Origin: an uncultured bacterium
GTDB taxonomy: Bacteria > Spirochaetota > JAHITG01
NCBI GenBank assembly: GCA_965373035.1
Contig: CBDVEP010000001.1
Location: forward strand, 272 to 64,271
Reading direction: 5' to 3'
DNA length: 64,000 bases
Part shown: in pieces, positions 38,388 through 50,187 of the stretch
How positions within the stretch are numbered: the first letter of the stretch is position 1
Layout of the letters: each line of letters begins with the position of its first letter
Notes under the pieces: generated by a model
What the model saw: the letters and a program-made list of their open reading frames with translations, nothing else
Database searches by the model: none
Told to the model about the DNA's origin: nothing
Program-made: the position numbers and the translations under genes

Positions 38388-39403
38388 TTTAAAAACCTTA
38401 AATCAATAAAATTTTCTGCTTTAAATGATTTTTTTATATATTCCAAATCAGTACAAATATCTATTGTTTTCTGAATTTCTTTAGGATTAATATCAGTGGT
38501 ATTAACTAATCTTACAGTTAAAGACTTTAATATTGACGAAGGAGTAATCATAAGTTTTGAAGCTGTGCCTATATCTTTAATTGGAAATATTTTTTTTCCA
38601 GCAACCTGTAACCCCCTGGTGACAATTTTTGCTGCTTCTTCAGGATGAGTATTAATAAACTGTGTTGCTCGTTCAGTAACATTTACTAATTTTTTAACTA
38701 TATCAGGATGTTCTTTTAAAAGTTCTTCCCTGACAACCAAAACACTCCCCTCCATATCCGGCCAGAGGTCTTCTGCGGTTAAAAATACTTTAAACCCTAA
38801 TTCTTCTGCCATACTTGGAAATTGTTCACACATAAAAGCCGCGTCCAATTGTCCCATTTTAAGTGCAAGGAGAAGTTTTGGAGGATTCATTCTCCGGACT
38901 TTTTTTAATATTTGTTTTTTATCTATTTTATCTAAGTGATATTTTTCGAGCATCTTATGCAAAAGCGCATCAACAGGGCTGCCTTCTCGACTACAACCAA
39001 TACGGATTTCTTTTTTATACAAATCCTTGATAATTTTGACTTTATCAGGATTAACAATAAAACCATAACCATATTTATGGATTCCGGCAACAATTTTTAT
39101 TGGCACATTAGCATTTGCCTTTGCATTAATTGCAGGTATTAAACAGATATAAGCAGCATCAATATCACCCCTTGATAAAGCAGCCGCTAAAGCCATACCT
39201 GTTATGTAACTTTCATAACTGAAAACTGCTAATCCTTCATCTTTATACCAGCCCTTTTGATTGGCTATATGGGCACACGCAGAATGGGTTGTGAATTCTA
39301 CAGCTATTTTAATAGACTTATCAGTTGTCTGGTGCTTTTTACTGCAGTTTATTATCCCGGATAACATTATTAATGTCATTATTAATGAAATATTTTTATT
39401 CAT
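38384..39403 (-). CDS. ABC transporter periplasmic substrate-binding protein (NMT1/NitT/TauT family lipoprotein)
   Basis: Lipoprotein signal (..SGIINCSKK). SsuA/NMT1-like fold; operon with the permease and ATPase. Confidence 0.55.
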   Translation of the reverse strand: MNKNISLIMTLIMLSGIINCSKKHQTTDKSIKIAVEFTTHSACAHIANQKGWYKDEGLAVFSYESYITGMALAAALSRGDIDAAYICLIPAINAKANANVPIKIVAGIHKYGYGFIVNPDKVKIIKDLYKKEIRIGCSREGSPVDALLHKMLEKYHLDKIDKKQILKKVRRMNPPKLLLALKMGQLDAAFMCEQFPSMAEELGFKVFLTAEDLWPDMEGSVLVVREELLKEHPDIVKKLVNVTERATQFINTHPEEAAKIVTRGLQVAGKKIFPIKDIGTASKLMITPSSILKSLTVRLVNTTDINPKEIQKTIDICTDLEYIKKSFKAENFIDLRFLK

Positions 39404-39523
39404 TTTATTATCATCTCTAAAAATTAATTTTTATTTTTATGTCAATTACATTAACAACACTTCAATCATTTCTGTTTTTATTATTTTTTTTTCTTTTATC
39501 CTTCTTCCTTTACTTTTTATTGT

Positions 39524-40243
39524 TTAAGTTCCTTCCGGACAGTATCTTTTTAAGTTCGAAAGATACACTGCTCCGGCACAGGTAACGCCGTAAAATACAG
39601 TTGGTTTGTTTTTTACTATAAATTGTTTATAGGTGTTATTCACAAAAGTTGAGCCGGTCGCAAATATTAAATCACACCACTTTATATTTTTTTCAGTATT
39701 TTCAGGAGATTCTATTGTTACTCCATTAATTTTTTTTCCAATATTATCTTTGTCTATATCAGTTACGCGAAGCTCGAACTCTCTGCTCAGTGCCTCCACA
39801 AAGCGGGGCTGAAAACCCGCCTGAAATATTTTTGGATTTCCAAAGTTCTCTCTTATAAATTCAACTATTTTTTTTTGACAGTTAACAAGACCTTCATTCT
39901 TGCAGTGACTCGTCTTATCAATCGAACCAAGACCTTTTAAGACAGCGTTAATAGTTGAAATAAATACAGCTCGTCTGAAATTATTTTTTAGTTCCATATT
40001 TATTATTTCATACAAAGAGCCTTTATAATTACCAAACATATCTGTAAAAGCCACACCATAATCGCGGTTAAAATCAGCCTGCATCAATCTTTCACGCCCT
40101 TTTTGAATAGGATAGTCATCATGCTCAGGATTTCCTATTGCTTCTTCAGCCGATAGTACCTTTGTTTTTATTCGCACAATTCCATCTTTTATTTTATGGC
40201 TCTTAATAATTTTATTTATTTGTTCTTTAAGTTCTCTCATCAT
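39524..40243 (-). CDS. Rossmann-like DUF364/DUF4213-type protein often found with nitrogenase genes (putative cofactor/metal-handling)
   Basis: Architecture and nif context. Tentative family call. Confidence 0.3.
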   Translation of the reverse strand: MMRELKEQINKIIKSHKIKDGIVRIKTKVLSAEEAIGNPEHDDYPIQKGRERLMQADFNRDYGVAFTDMFGNYKGSLYEIINMELKNNFRRAVFISTINAVLKGLGSIDKTSHCKNEGLVNCQKKIVEFIRENFGNPKIFQAGFQPRFVEALSREFELRVTDIDKDNIGKKINGVTIESPENTEKNIKWCDLIFATGSTFVNNTYKQFIVKNKPTVFYGVTCAGAVYLSNLKRYCPEGT

Positions 40244-40258
40244 AAAATCCTCTAAGAT

Positions 40259-40561
40259 TCATGCAATCAGATAATCCTCTACAGATTTGTTTTCTTCAAG
40301 GGCATCAAGAATTTTATCGATTACCTCTTCGGTTACTTCACCGTACCAGTAATTATCCGGATAAACTATCATAACCGGCCCTTTTTCACACATTTTAAGG
40401 CAGCTGGTGCTGGACACCATTGCATCTATGCCTCTGTCAATTATTTCTTCTTCAATATATTGAAGAAGAGCCGGGGCCTCTTTTTTGTTGCATACACCCT
40501 GAGGCTCACCCGTAAGCCTGAACGAATTACATACAAAAATATGATGTTTTGGTTTTTTCAT
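40259..40561 (-). CDS. (2Fe-2S) ferredoxin-like protein, thioredoxin-like fold (start taken at MKKPKHHIFVC; ORF in track runs to 40660 overlapping nifB)
   Basis: HIFVC..C(N)..SCLKMC Cys pattern typical of thioredoxin-like [2Fe-2S] ferredoxins found in nif clusters. Confidence 0.5.
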   Translation of the reverse strand: MKKPKHHIFVCNSFRLTGEPQGVCNKKEAPALLQYIEEEIIDRGIDAMVSSTSCLKMCEKGPVMIVYPDNYWYGEVTEEVIDKILDALEENKSVEDYLIA

Positions 40562-41460
40562 TTTTTCTCCTCCTGTATTGTTTGATTTGATTTTGATAGA
40601 GAACTCATATTTATACGTTCCCTTAAAAGACCTACTGCATCTGCTCTGCATCTGGCACAATGATACATCTGGGAAATATACCTGCCTGCTTGTTTTCGCA
40701 CCTGTTTAACCATTTCCATGGAAGGTTCATCAATATTGGCAAAAACTGTATTTTTAACAGGATAAAGCGGAATGCAGTTTAATATATCAGCATTATATTC
40801 TGAAATTTTTTTAGCAACAGCCGGAATATGTTCATTATTAATACCGGGAATAATTATTGTGTTTATTTTAACTTTTATTCCTTTGCTTTTAAGCTTTTTA
40901 ACTGCTTCAAGCTGCTTTTCCAGTAAAATAACTGTGCCTTCTTCAGCACTGAATACTTTCTTATTATAATAAATCCATGAATATATTTTTTTACTTATTT
41001 CAGGATTAACAGCATTTATTGTAATAGTTACATGACTTACTTTAAGTTTTGAAAGTTCATTTATATAAGGCAGGATATTAAGACCATTGGTTGCAAGACA
41101 TAAAAGCATATCAGGATATCTTTTTCTTACAAGGCTTAAAGTTTCCATTGTCTCCTCAGGATTAGCAAAAGGATCACCCGGTCCAGCTATGCCAACCACA
41201 GAAATATCTGATCTCTTTTCAATTATTTTTTCAAGAAAACAAATAGCCTGATAAGGTTTAAGCACCATGCTTGTTACTCCTGGCCGGCTTTCATTTACAC
41301 AATCATATTTACGATCACAGAAATTACATTGCATATTACATTTTGGAGCAACAGGCAGATGTACTCTTCCAAAAAGATGTCTTACCTTATCATTAAAACA
41401 TGGATGATTTAATAATTCTAAACTCATTTTACACTTCCTTTTATATATATGTATATCCAA
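40558..41460 (-). CDS. nifB: Nitrogenase FeMo-cofactor biosynthesis radical-SAM protein NifB (short form without NifX domain)
   Basis: CNMQCNFC radical SAM motif. ..HLPVAPKCN.. NifB signature. ~300 aa. Confidence 0.85.
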   Translation of the reverse strand: MDIHIYKRKCKMSLELLNHPCFNDKVRHLFGRVHLPVAPKCNMQCNFCDRKYDCVNESRPGVTSMVLKPYQAICFLEKIIEKRSDISVVGIAGPGDPFANPEETMETLSLVRKRYPDMLLCLATNGLNILPYINELSKLKVSHVTITINAVNPEISKKIYSWIYYNKKVFSAEEGTVILLEKQLEAVKKLKSKGIKVKINTIIIPGINNEHIPAVAKKISEYNADILNCIPLYPVKNTVFANIDEPSMEMVKQVRKQAGRYISQMYHCARCRADAVGLLRERINMSSLSKSNQTIQEEKK

Positions 41461-42799
41461 CAGGGGATAATTCCTGTTTTTTATTAATTATAGTATTTAC
41501 AATTTTATCAAAAAGCTGTTGAGCACCACGGTAACCTAAATGCAATGTTCTCTGTGCTCCGAATCTGTCGTGTATTGGAAATCCTATACGAATAAGCGGG
41601 ATGTTAAGCCTGCGAGTGAGACTGTATCCTTTACTATTGCCAATAACAAAATCAGGCTTAATTTTTTCAGTCTCTTCTTCTATTTCTGTAAAATCTACTC
41701 CGTCCTGTACAGAAATATTCATTTCATCAAAATCTGGAAACAGGGAGCGGATTTTTTCTTTAAAAAAGCCACTCTCTCCACCAGATGCACAAAGTGCCGG
41801 GATAACACCTATTTCACTTAAAAAAGATGCTATTCCTATAACAAGATCCTCTTCTCCATAAATTACTGCACGGGATTCAAAAACATATTTATGACCATCT
41901 GCATACGAATCTATCAGTCTTCCGCGTTCTTCTGTATGTTCATCAGGTGTATGCCCTCCGGATATTTTTTCAAGGATATTAAATAATTTATCTGTTTCAT
42001 TTATCCCAATAGGCAGACCTAATTTATAGTTAGTTATATTAAACTGATTATTTAAAAATTTGCCGGCACTTTCTTTTTTTTCCAGTACTTTTCCAAATTC
42101 TATATTAGCCTTAGCACCTCCCATTTTCATAATATCACTTACAGGTGTTCCTCCTTCAGGAATTTCCTGATATTCTTTCCATAAACTGCCATCAAGTGTT
42201 TTTGAATAATCAGGGAGCATGACATATTCAAGTCTGAAATCTGTAAGTATTTCTTTTAAATAACGAATATCAGCAGGGGATACCATGCCGGGAAAAATAT
42301 TTACATGTTTTCCTTTGTAATTATCCCTTGCAAGAGACATAACTATAGATTTTACAGCAGAGTGAAAACCATCTATATGTGTTCCTATGTAACTTGGAGT
42401 GGATACAGGAACTAATAATGGTAAATTTTTATCCTTGTTTTCCTCTTGATACTTTTGAAGAATCATGGTTATATCATCTCCTATTGTTTCACTTAAACAG
42501 GTTGTGGCAACACCAATTACAGCAGGATCATACTGTTTTATAACATTTTCAAGACTTAAGCATAAGCTTGCCTCCCCTCCAAATACTGTTGCATGTTCAC
42601 TGAAATTTGAAGAAGCAATATCTATAGGTTCCTTGAAATGACTTATCAAATAACGCCTGATATATGTTGAACATCCCTGGGATCCATGAAGAATAGGCAT
42701 GGCTTTTTTAATACCGCGAAATACCATACAAGCACCTAAAGGAGTACAAAGCTTACATGCATTTCTTGTTGCTGTAAAATTCCTATCTGTCCTTTTCAT
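41441..42799 (-). CDS. nifN: Nitrogenase cofactor biosynthesis protein NifN
   Basis: NifK/NifN-family fold. Position after nifE. Confidence 0.75.
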   Translation of the reverse strand: MKRTDRNFTATRNACKLCTPLGACMVFRGIKKAMPILHGSQGCSTYIRRYLISHFKEPIDIASSNFSEHATVFGGEASLCLSLENVIKQYDPAVIGVATTCLSETIGDDITMILQKYQEENKDKNLPLLVPVSTPSYIGTHIDGFHSAVKSIVMSLARDNYKGKHVNIFPGMVSPADIRYLKEILTDFRLEYVMLPDYSKTLDGSLWKEYQEIPEGGTPVSDIMKMGGAKANIEFGKVLEKKESAGKFLNNQFNITNYKLGLPIGINETDKLFNILEKISGGHTPDEHTEERGRLIDSYADGHKYVFESRAVIYGEEDLVIGIASFLSEIGVIPALCASGGESGFFKEKIRSLFPDFDEMNISVQDGVDFTEIEEETEKIKPDFVIGNSKGYSLTRRLNIPLIRIGFPIHDRFGAQRTLHLGYRGAQQLFDKIVNTIINKKQELSPVGYTYI

Positions 42800-42862
42800 T
42801 TTTTACTCCTAAAAAAATTTAAATTTAACCACAGAGACACAGAGGGAGAACACAGAGATTTT

Positions 42863-44245
42863 TTATAAATATTTTTTTATATTCTCTGTGACTCTTAAGT
42901 CTCTGCGGCTTTTTTCCCTTGGTGCAAATTGCCATACAGGGCTTTTGATTGATGAATAAACTTCTCTGGCAAAATTAAGCATACCAATATACCCTGCAAG
43001 AGGATTTTTTCTTTCATGATTGTGGTCACAGAATCCTATGCCAAGTTTATAAGCAATAGGTCTTTCCTTTACACCGCCAATAATAATATCTGCTTTTTTT
43101 TCAATTACAAATTTCGCAAGCTCAATGGGATTTGAATCATCAATAATTATAGTTCCTTCTTCACACATATCTTTTAATTTTAAATAATCATCTTTATTTC
43201 CTGTTTGAGACCCTGTAAGTATGACCTCTATTCCAAGATAATTTAATGCTTTAATAAGAGAAAATGCCTTAAATGCACCTCCTACATATATTGCTGCTTT
43301 TTTTCCCTGAAGTATACTTTTATAATGCTGTAATTGAGGACGAATTTTAGATACTTCTTCCTGTATAAGTTTTTGGGTTTTCTCCATAATATCAGAATTA
43401 TCTTTGAAAAAATTTGCCACATCATATAAAGCAGTTGACATATCATCAATACCAAAATATGAAACACGCATAAATGGGATGTTATATTTTTTTTCCATCA
43501 TTTTTGCCAGGGTTGTCATTGAGCCTGAGCATTGTACAACATTAAGGCAAGCACCATGTGCTTTTTTAATCTCATCAACCCTGCTGTCGCCTGTCATAAC
43601 AGAAACAACTTCAATACCCATTTTTTTATAGTAATCCTTTATAATCCATGATTCACCTGCAATATTAAATTCTCCTAATATGTTAATACTGTACTTGCTT
43701 ATATTTTTTATTGAACCTGTGCCAATAAGGTTAAATATGGATTCACAAGCAGCCTTGTATCCATCTTTTTTTGTTCCTTTAAAACCCTCTGAATGAACAG
43801 GAAGTACAGGTATGTTTTTTTCTATACTTACTTTTTTACAAACAGCATCAATATCATCACCAATAATACCAACAATACATGTACAATAAATAAAAGCAGC
43901 TTTGGGATGATATTCATCTATCAGTTCTACAAGTGCATTATAAAGTTTTTTTTCACCTCCATAAATAACATCTGTTTCCTTAAGATCAGTTGAAAAGCTC
44001 ATACGGTGAAGCTGTGGACCGGAAGAAAGAGCTCCTCTTATATCCCAAGTATAAACAGCACAGCCAATGGGTCCATGAACAAGATGCAGGGCATCAGCAA
44101 TAGGGTACAGTACAACGCGTGACCCGCAGAATACACATGCCCTCTGGCTTACAGAACCTGCAAGACTGTGCTTTTCACAGGCAATATTAAAAGGATCTCC
44201 TTTTCTATATATCTGTTTTTTTCTTTCAGTTAATAGCTCTTCCAT
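42863..44245 (-). CDS. nifE: Nitrogenase cofactor biosynthesis protein NifE
   Basis: NifD-like fold with ..VHGPIGCA.. cluster ligand motif. Position after nifK. Confidence 0.8.
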   Translation of the reverse strand: MEELLTERKKQIYRKGDPFNIACEKHSLAGSVSQRACVFCGSRVVLYPIADALHLVHGPIGCAVYTWDIRGALSSGPQLHRMSFSTDLKETDVIYGGEKKLYNALVELIDEYHPKAAFIYCTCIVGIIGDDIDAVCKKVSIEKNIPVLPVHSEGFKGTKKDGYKAACESIFNLIGTGSIKNISKYSINILGEFNIAGESWIIKDYYKKMGIEVVSVMTGDSRVDEIKKAHGACLNVVQCSGSMTTLAKMMEKKYNIPFMRVSYFGIDDMSTALYDVANFFKDNSDIMEKTQKLIQEEVSKIRPQLQHYKSILQGKKAAIYVGGAFKAFSLIKALNYLGIEVILTGSQTGNKDDYLKLKDMCEEGTIIIDDSNPIELAKFVIEKKADIIIGGVKERPIAYKLGIGFCDHNHERKNPLAGYIGMLNFAREVYSSIKSPVWQFAPREKSRRDLRVTENIKKYL

Positions 44246-44264
44246 ATAATTAAACCATTCTTTT

Positions 44265-45647
44265 TTACATAACTAATTCAAAACTCTCTTCAGGGGCATC
44301 CCTGTCCTGACGATCCATAAATGCCTCCAGTATTTTTTCCAGTATTCTCATTGCGCCTGCATATCCTACTATTGGGAAATAGCTGTGTCCAATTCTGTCA
44401 AGTATTGGAAATCCCATTCTTATAAATGGGATATCCTCATCTCTTGCAATATACTTTCCATAGGTATTCCCCATTAAAAGATCAACTGGGTTATTCTTTA
44501 TCCACTGGTGAAGAAGGAACATATCAGCATTCATACCATTTTTTATGTTTAAATCAGGCACTTTGTCTCCAATTATTTCTCTTATTCTTTTTTCAAAAGC
44601 TTTCCCCGGGGTTCCACTGACAATATGAACAGGCTTCATGTCAAGGTCAATAAGAAATTCTGTAAGAGCAATCAGATGATCAGGATCACCGAATAATGCA
44701 ACCCTTTTATTGTATAAATATTGCTGCATATCAGTAATAATGTCAACAACTCTTCCCCTTTCCTCTGTAATGGAATCAGGTACTTCAATATCAAAAGTTC
44801 TCTTCAAAGCAAGGATAAACCTGTCTGTTGCTGAAAGTCCTATGGGAAGATCAAGTAACTTATATCGAACCTTGCATTTTGTATCGAGCTCTTTTGCTGC
44901 TGACTCTGATGCAAGATTTCCCAGGGCAAGAGTAAATTTACTGTCTCCAGTGCTTTTCAGTTCAGGTATAGTAACTCCGCCTTTTGGATAAAAAATATGT
45001 TTACCTGTTTGAGGAGCATCAAGAACATCAGATGTATCAGGAAATAGGACTGTTTTAATATTCATCTCTTTTGTGATTTTTTTTATCTCCCGCATATCTG
45101 AAGGTTCAACCCATCCTGGAATTATATTTATTTGCTTTTTTTTATTGCCTGTTGATTCTGAAAAATGTTTAACCATGCTTTTTACCATGTTTGCAAAACC
45201 AGTCACATGAGAACCAACATAACTGGGAGTGTTTGTGTGTATTAAATACTTTCCTTCAGGAACTTTTCCGTCATCTCTTGCTTTTTGACAGATCTGATTT
45301 ACGTCATCGCCTATTGTTTCGGAAAGGCATGTGGTATGAACAGCAATTATATCCGGGTTGTAAATTGTAAAAATATTATTAATTGCCTGTATTAAGTTTG
45401 CCTGACCCCCGAATACTGATGTCCCTTCAGTAAAAGAACTTGTTGCAGCCATTATAGGTTCTTTATAATGCCTGGTAAGTGTACTTCTATGATAAGCACA
45501 GCATCCCTGTGAACCATGACTATGCGGCATACAGCTATGTATTCCAAGTGCAGCATACATTGCTCCAATAGGCTGGCATGTCTTTGCCGGGTTTACAGTA
45601 AGTGCTTTTCTTTCTTTGATTTCATCTGTTGTATGTCTTAAAAGCAT
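44265..45647 (-). CDS. nifK: Nitrogenase MoFe protein beta chain NifK
   Basis: ..SHGSQGCCAY.. P-cluster ligand motif. ~460 aa. Confidence 0.85.
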   Translation of the reverse strand: MLLRHTTDEIKERKALTVNPAKTCQPIGAMYAALGIHSCMPHSHGSQGCCAYHRSTLTRHYKEPIMAATSSFTEGTSVFGGQANLIQAINNIFTIYNPDIIAVHTTCLSETIGDDVNQICQKARDDGKVPEGKYLIHTNTPSYVGSHVTGFANMVKSMVKHFSESTGNKKKQINIIPGWVEPSDMREIKKITKEMNIKTVLFPDTSDVLDAPQTGKHIFYPKGGVTIPELKSTGDSKFTLALGNLASESAAKELDTKCKVRYKLLDLPIGLSATDRFILALKRTFDIEVPDSITEERGRVVDIITDMQQYLYNKRVALFGDPDHLIALTEFLIDLDMKPVHIVSGTPGKAFEKRIREIIGDKVPDLNIKNGMNADMFLLHQWIKNNPVDLLMGNTYGKYIARDEDIPFIRMGFPILDRIGHSYFPIVGYAGAMRILEKILEAFMDRQDRDAPEESFELVM

Positions 45648-45659
45648 ATTAACCTCCTA

Positions 45660-47303
45660 TTAATCAACAACAAAAGTTGCAGTGATCTCCGGTTCATTTT
45701 TCCACGGTGGTTTAATTAACTGCCATATTTTTGTATTTATAGCACGGTCAATTTCTTCGTAAAAATTAATAGCACCTTTAAATACTGCAAAGGGACCACC
45801 ATAATCATAACTGTGAAGCTGTTTCATGGGGAACCCCCTTTTTTGAACAACATATTTTTCTTTAATTCCAGCACAGAATATTGCAGGCTTATATTGTTCA
45901 ATTAGCTTTTCCATTTCATATTGACTTATATCATCTATTACAATTGAATTTTGTTTCATTTCTGTCATCATACCTTTATATTCACTAATAGCCAGACCTT
46001 TTTTCTTTAATTTTTCAAGTTCTTCAGGGCTTTTTCTTAAGTTGTATCTCTTCGGGTCTTTTTCAACTTTCAGCTCTTCAATATTTCTGCTGTCAGCATC
46101 AACCTGGATATCAGGTAAAACTTCCCTTCCTTCATAATCATCCCTGTGGGCAAATTCATATCCTGCGGCAATTGTTTCCATGCCAATTTCATGAAAAACA
46201 TTCTGGTAATGATGAGCTCGGGAACCACCAACAAAAATCATAGCAAGTTTACCCTTTGTCCTGGGTGTTATTTCTTTTTGGGCTTTTATGACTTCTTTCA
46301 TTTCCTCTTCAATTATTTTTTCAACCCTATCAATAAGACTTTTTTTGCCAAAATACTGTGCAATTTTTCTTAATGATTCTGATGTGGCTTTTGCTCCCAA
46401 AAAATTTATTTTTATCCATGGTATTCCAAATTTTTTTTCCATCATTCCAGCTATATAGTTAATTGACCTGTGGCACATAACAAGGTTGAGATCAGCAGTA
46501 TGAGAATTAGCAAACTGGTCAATACTTGAATTCCCGCTGAATGTGGATATCAAAGTTATGCCGCAGCGTTTTAGAAGATCTTCAATTAAAAATGCATCAC
46601 CGCCAATGTTATATTCACCAAGAAGATTGATTTTGAATTCTCCATCCTGAACAGTATCATCAAGACCTACTACATGTTTGAAAATCTGGTTATTGGCAAT
46701 ATGATGACCGGCAGACTGGCTTACACCTTTATATCCTTCACAGGAAAATCCAAAAATATTAATACCAAGTTTCTCCTTCATTTCTTTAGCAACACCGTGA
46801 ACATCATCACCGATTAATCCAACAGGGCAGGTGGAAAATATACCTATGGCTTTTGGATGAAAAATATCATAAGCTTCCTGAATAGCCTGCCTGAGTTTTT
46901 TTTCTCCACCAAAAACAATATTGTCATCCTGCATATCAGTAGAAAAACAATAAGGCATGTAGTTATCACCATCAGGGCCGGGGCGTGTCTGATTACGTCG
47001 TGTTGCCCAGCTAAAAAACCCACACCCAATAGGACCATGTGTAAGATTAATAATATCTCTTGTAGGGCCAAGCACTACACCTTTACATCCGGCATAGCAG
47101 CAGCCTCGCTGTGTAATAATACCGGGAATGGTTCTTATATTTGCCTGTATTTCCTGATCTTCTTTGGGATTATTAATAACTATTGACTTATTTCTTTTTC
47201 TTGCAACCTTTGGAGGATACTTTTTGAGAATATCTTCCTTAAGAGTTTCCACATCAGGAAACTTTGTATTCTTAGTCATAACTTCCTCCTTTTTTTTAGT
47301 CAA
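45660..47303 (-). CDS. nifD: Nitrogenase MoFe protein alpha chain NifD
   Basis: ..LTHGPIGCGFFSW.. and other FeMoco/P-cluster ligand motifs. ~547 aa. Confidence 0.85.
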   Translation of the reverse strand: MTKKKEEVMTKNTKFPDVETLKEDILKKYPPKVARKRNKSIVINNPKEDQEIQANIRTIPGIITQRGCCYAGCKGVVLGPTRDIINLTHGPIGCGFFSWATRRNQTRPGPDGDNYMPYCFSTDMQDDNIVFGGEKKLRQAIQEAYDIFHPKAIGIFSTCPVGLIGDDVHGVAKEMKEKLGINIFGFSCEGYKGVSQSAGHHIANNQIFKHVVGLDDTVQDGEFKINLLGEYNIGGDAFLIEDLLKRCGITLISTFSGNSSIDQFANSHTADLNLVMCHRSINYIAGMMEKKFGIPWIKINFLGAKATSESLRKIAQYFGKKSLIDRVEKIIEEEMKEVIKAQKEITPRTKGKLAMIFVGGSRAHHYQNVFHEIGMETIAAGYEFAHRDDYEGREVLPDIQVDADSRNIEELKVEKDPKRYNLRKSPEELEKLKKKGLAISEYKGMMTEMKQNSIVIDDISQYEMEKLIEQYKPAIFCAGIKEKYVVQKRGFPMKQLHSYDYGGPFAVFKGAINFYEEIDRAINTKIWQLIKPPWKNEPEITATFVVD

Positions 47304-47673
47304 GGATATTATTTCCTGTTTCTTCTGTCCTGACTCTTATAGCATCCATAACAGGCATTACAAATATTTTGCCATCACCTGCATTTCTAGTTTGATTCAC
47401 CTCAATTATAGTCTTAACAGCAATATCAATTTTATCATCAGGTAAAATAATTGTAATAAGCCTTTTAGGAACAAGCCTTGGTCCCTGTCCAAGCTGGGCA
47501 ATTGCTTCCTGATAACCATTCTCTGCACCATGAAGTATTCTATAGTCAACTACTCCTTTTCCTCTGCCAAGAACTTTACCAGTAGCTGTAAAGGATGATA
47601 TGCCTGCTTCTGAAAGTGCCCTTTTTGTTTCATTAATTTTATTTATGCGAATTACTGCCATTACTTCTTTCAT
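47296..47673 (-). CDS. nifI2: PII-family nitrogenase regulator NifI2
   Basis: PII fold with extended T-loop. Second of two PII genes between nifH and nifD. Confidence 0.75.
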   Translation of the reverse strand: MKEVMAVIRINKINETKRALSEAGISSFTATGKVLGRGKGVVDYRILHGAENGYQEAIAQLGQGPRLVPKRLITIILPDDKIDIAVKTIIEVNQTRNAGDGKIFVMPVMDAIRVRTEETGNNILD

Positions 47674-47687
47674 GGGTTTCTCCTTAA

Positions 47688-48020
47688 TTATTTTTCCTTA
47701 TTGCCGGAACTTATTGTATATACTTCATCTACCTGTGTAACAAATATTTTACCATCACCATAAGCTCCGGATTCTTTTGTTTTTGCATTCTTAATAATAG
47801 TTCTGATAACAAATTCCTTATCTTTCTGGGGGATTACAGTTATCAGTAACTCCTTTGGAAGTTCATCATAGGTTACTTCTCCAACTTTTAATCCTCTTTG
47901 TTTACCCCTGCCAAATACTGATACCTTTGTAACCGCAGGACATCCTGCTTCAAGCAATCCTGCAAGTACTGCATCAGTTTTTTCAGGTCTTACTATTGAT
48001 CTTATCATTAACATAGACAT
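47688..48020 (-). CDS. nifI1: PII-family nitrogenase regulator NifI1
   Basis: PII fold (GRGKQRG..GDGKIFV). First PII gene after nifH. Confidence 0.75.
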   Translation of the reverse strand: MSMLMIRSIVRPEKTDAVLAGLLEAGCPAVTKVSVFGRGKQRGLKVGEVTYDELPKELLITVIPQKDKEFVIRTIIKNAKTKESGAYGDGKIFVTQVDEVYTISSGNKEK

Positions 48021-48045
48021 AATATATCCTCCATTTTATAATTTT

Positions 48046-48968
<923 letters not shown>

Positions 48969-48985
48969 CTTTCAAATATTATAAA

Positions 48986-49000
48986 GCAATTACTATGCCA
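48986..49000 (-). promoter_or_regulatory. Sigma-54 promoter of the nif operon
   Basis: Minus-strand TGGCAT-AGTAA-TTGCT. Flanks TATGACTTGGCA..TTGCTTTATAAT shared with the amtB promoter. Confidence 0.65.
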
Positions 49001-49068
49001 AGTCATATTTTATAATTTGTTTATAATTAAATGATTATAGAAAAGATATTTATGTAGAAATGATGTTG

Positions 49069-49087
49069 TTGCACAATATTAGTGCAA
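49069..49087. promoter_or_regulatory. Candidate enhancer/UAS palindrome TTGCA-N9-TGCAA upstream of the nifH sigma-54 promoter
   Basis: TTGCACAATATTAGTGCAA about 70-90 bp upstream of the -24 element. Confidence 0.4.
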
Positions 49088-49307
49088 GTAGTTTATTTGT
49101 AAAATATATGCATAATTAATGTTCATATATATATTTATACAGAAGATTCTCCGGCTCCTTACAAATTTTTTTAATATTATTTATTAATACTGCCTTAAAT
49201 AAAAAAATATGATATTAATACTGTTATAAAAGAAGTGAAATTTTTATTAGAAATATTTTTTTAAGGGATTGGGAAGAAATAAAATCACATTTATTAACAT
49301 TTTTTCC

Positions 49308-50183
49308 TCATAATTTTATTTTTTGCATAATATCCTCAGTAGCTTTAATTCCTTTTAAATAGCTTTTATATCCATCATAAAAACCTAATGCAGCAATATT
49401 ATCCACAGCAGGCTTGATGATTAAATTCACATTGTAATTGTTTAAATTAAATTCCAATATTTCATTAGACATAATATCAATAGTTGATGATAAAATATTT
49501 ATCATTCCTGACTTTTTATTTCTTTTTTTATAATCTGGTAAATACTTTATTATTGGTGAAAATCTTTCATTTAAAAATTTTTTAATTTTAGTTTCTATTT
49601 TCATTTTTCTTTTTGACCACTTTTTAATTTTTTTATATTCCTGAACAACAACAGCAATTTTATAATCAGATTTATCTAACAAATTTACAGGTACAGGGTT
49701 AATAACACCACCATCAACAAGTAATTTACCCTGATATTCATAAGGCATAAAAAATCCAGGGATAGAAATACTTGCCCGTATAGCTGGAACTAAATCACCT
49801 TTATCAAATATAACTTCTTTCCCTGATTTTATATCAGTTGCAACACATTTAAATGGAATTTTTAAATTTTCAAATCTTCTTACAGGTAAAATATCTTCAA
49901 GGAATTCTTCTACTATTTTCCCTTTAACAATTCCACCTGTTGATGGATTTGTGAAATCAAACAAATTTAATGTTTTTTTTAAATTTATACTAAAAGCAAT
50001 CTCTTTCATTTTTTCAATAGAAACACCAGCAGCATAAGCCCCTCCAACAATAGCACCAATACTGCATCCTGAAATTTCATCTATTTTTATATTGTTTTTT
50101 TCAAGTACTTCTAATATTCCTATGTGCGATATACCTTTAGCACCACCATTCCCCAGTGCTATGCCTACTTTTTTATCTTTCAT
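49308..50183 (-). CDS. Patatin-like phospholipase (start probably at MKDKKVGIALGNGG; ORF runs to 50234)
   Basis: GNGGAKG oxyanion hole motif and GCSIG (GxSxG) nucleophile elbow. Confidence 0.7.
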   Translation of the reverse strand: MKDKKVGIALGNGGAKGISHIGILEVLEKNNIKIDEISGCSIGAIVGGAYAAGVSIEKMKEIAFSINLKKTLNLFDFTNPSTGGIVKGKIVEEFLEDILPVRRFENLKIPFKCVATDIKSGKEVIFDKGDLVPAIRASISIPGFFMPYEYQGKLLVDGGVINPVPVNLLDKSDYKIAVVVQEYKKIKKWSKRKMKIETKIKKFLNERFSPIIKYLPDYKKRNKKSGMINILSSTIDIMSNEILEFNLNNYNVNLIIKPAVDNIAALGFYDGYKSYLKGIKATEDIMQKIKL

Positions 50184-50187
50184 ATAA

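Noticed and set aside
49021-49140. Classical NifA UAS (TGT-N10-ACA) upstream of nifH
   Set aside because: No unambiguous TGT-N10-ACA match was found. The TTGCA-N9-TGCAA palindrome was reported instead.
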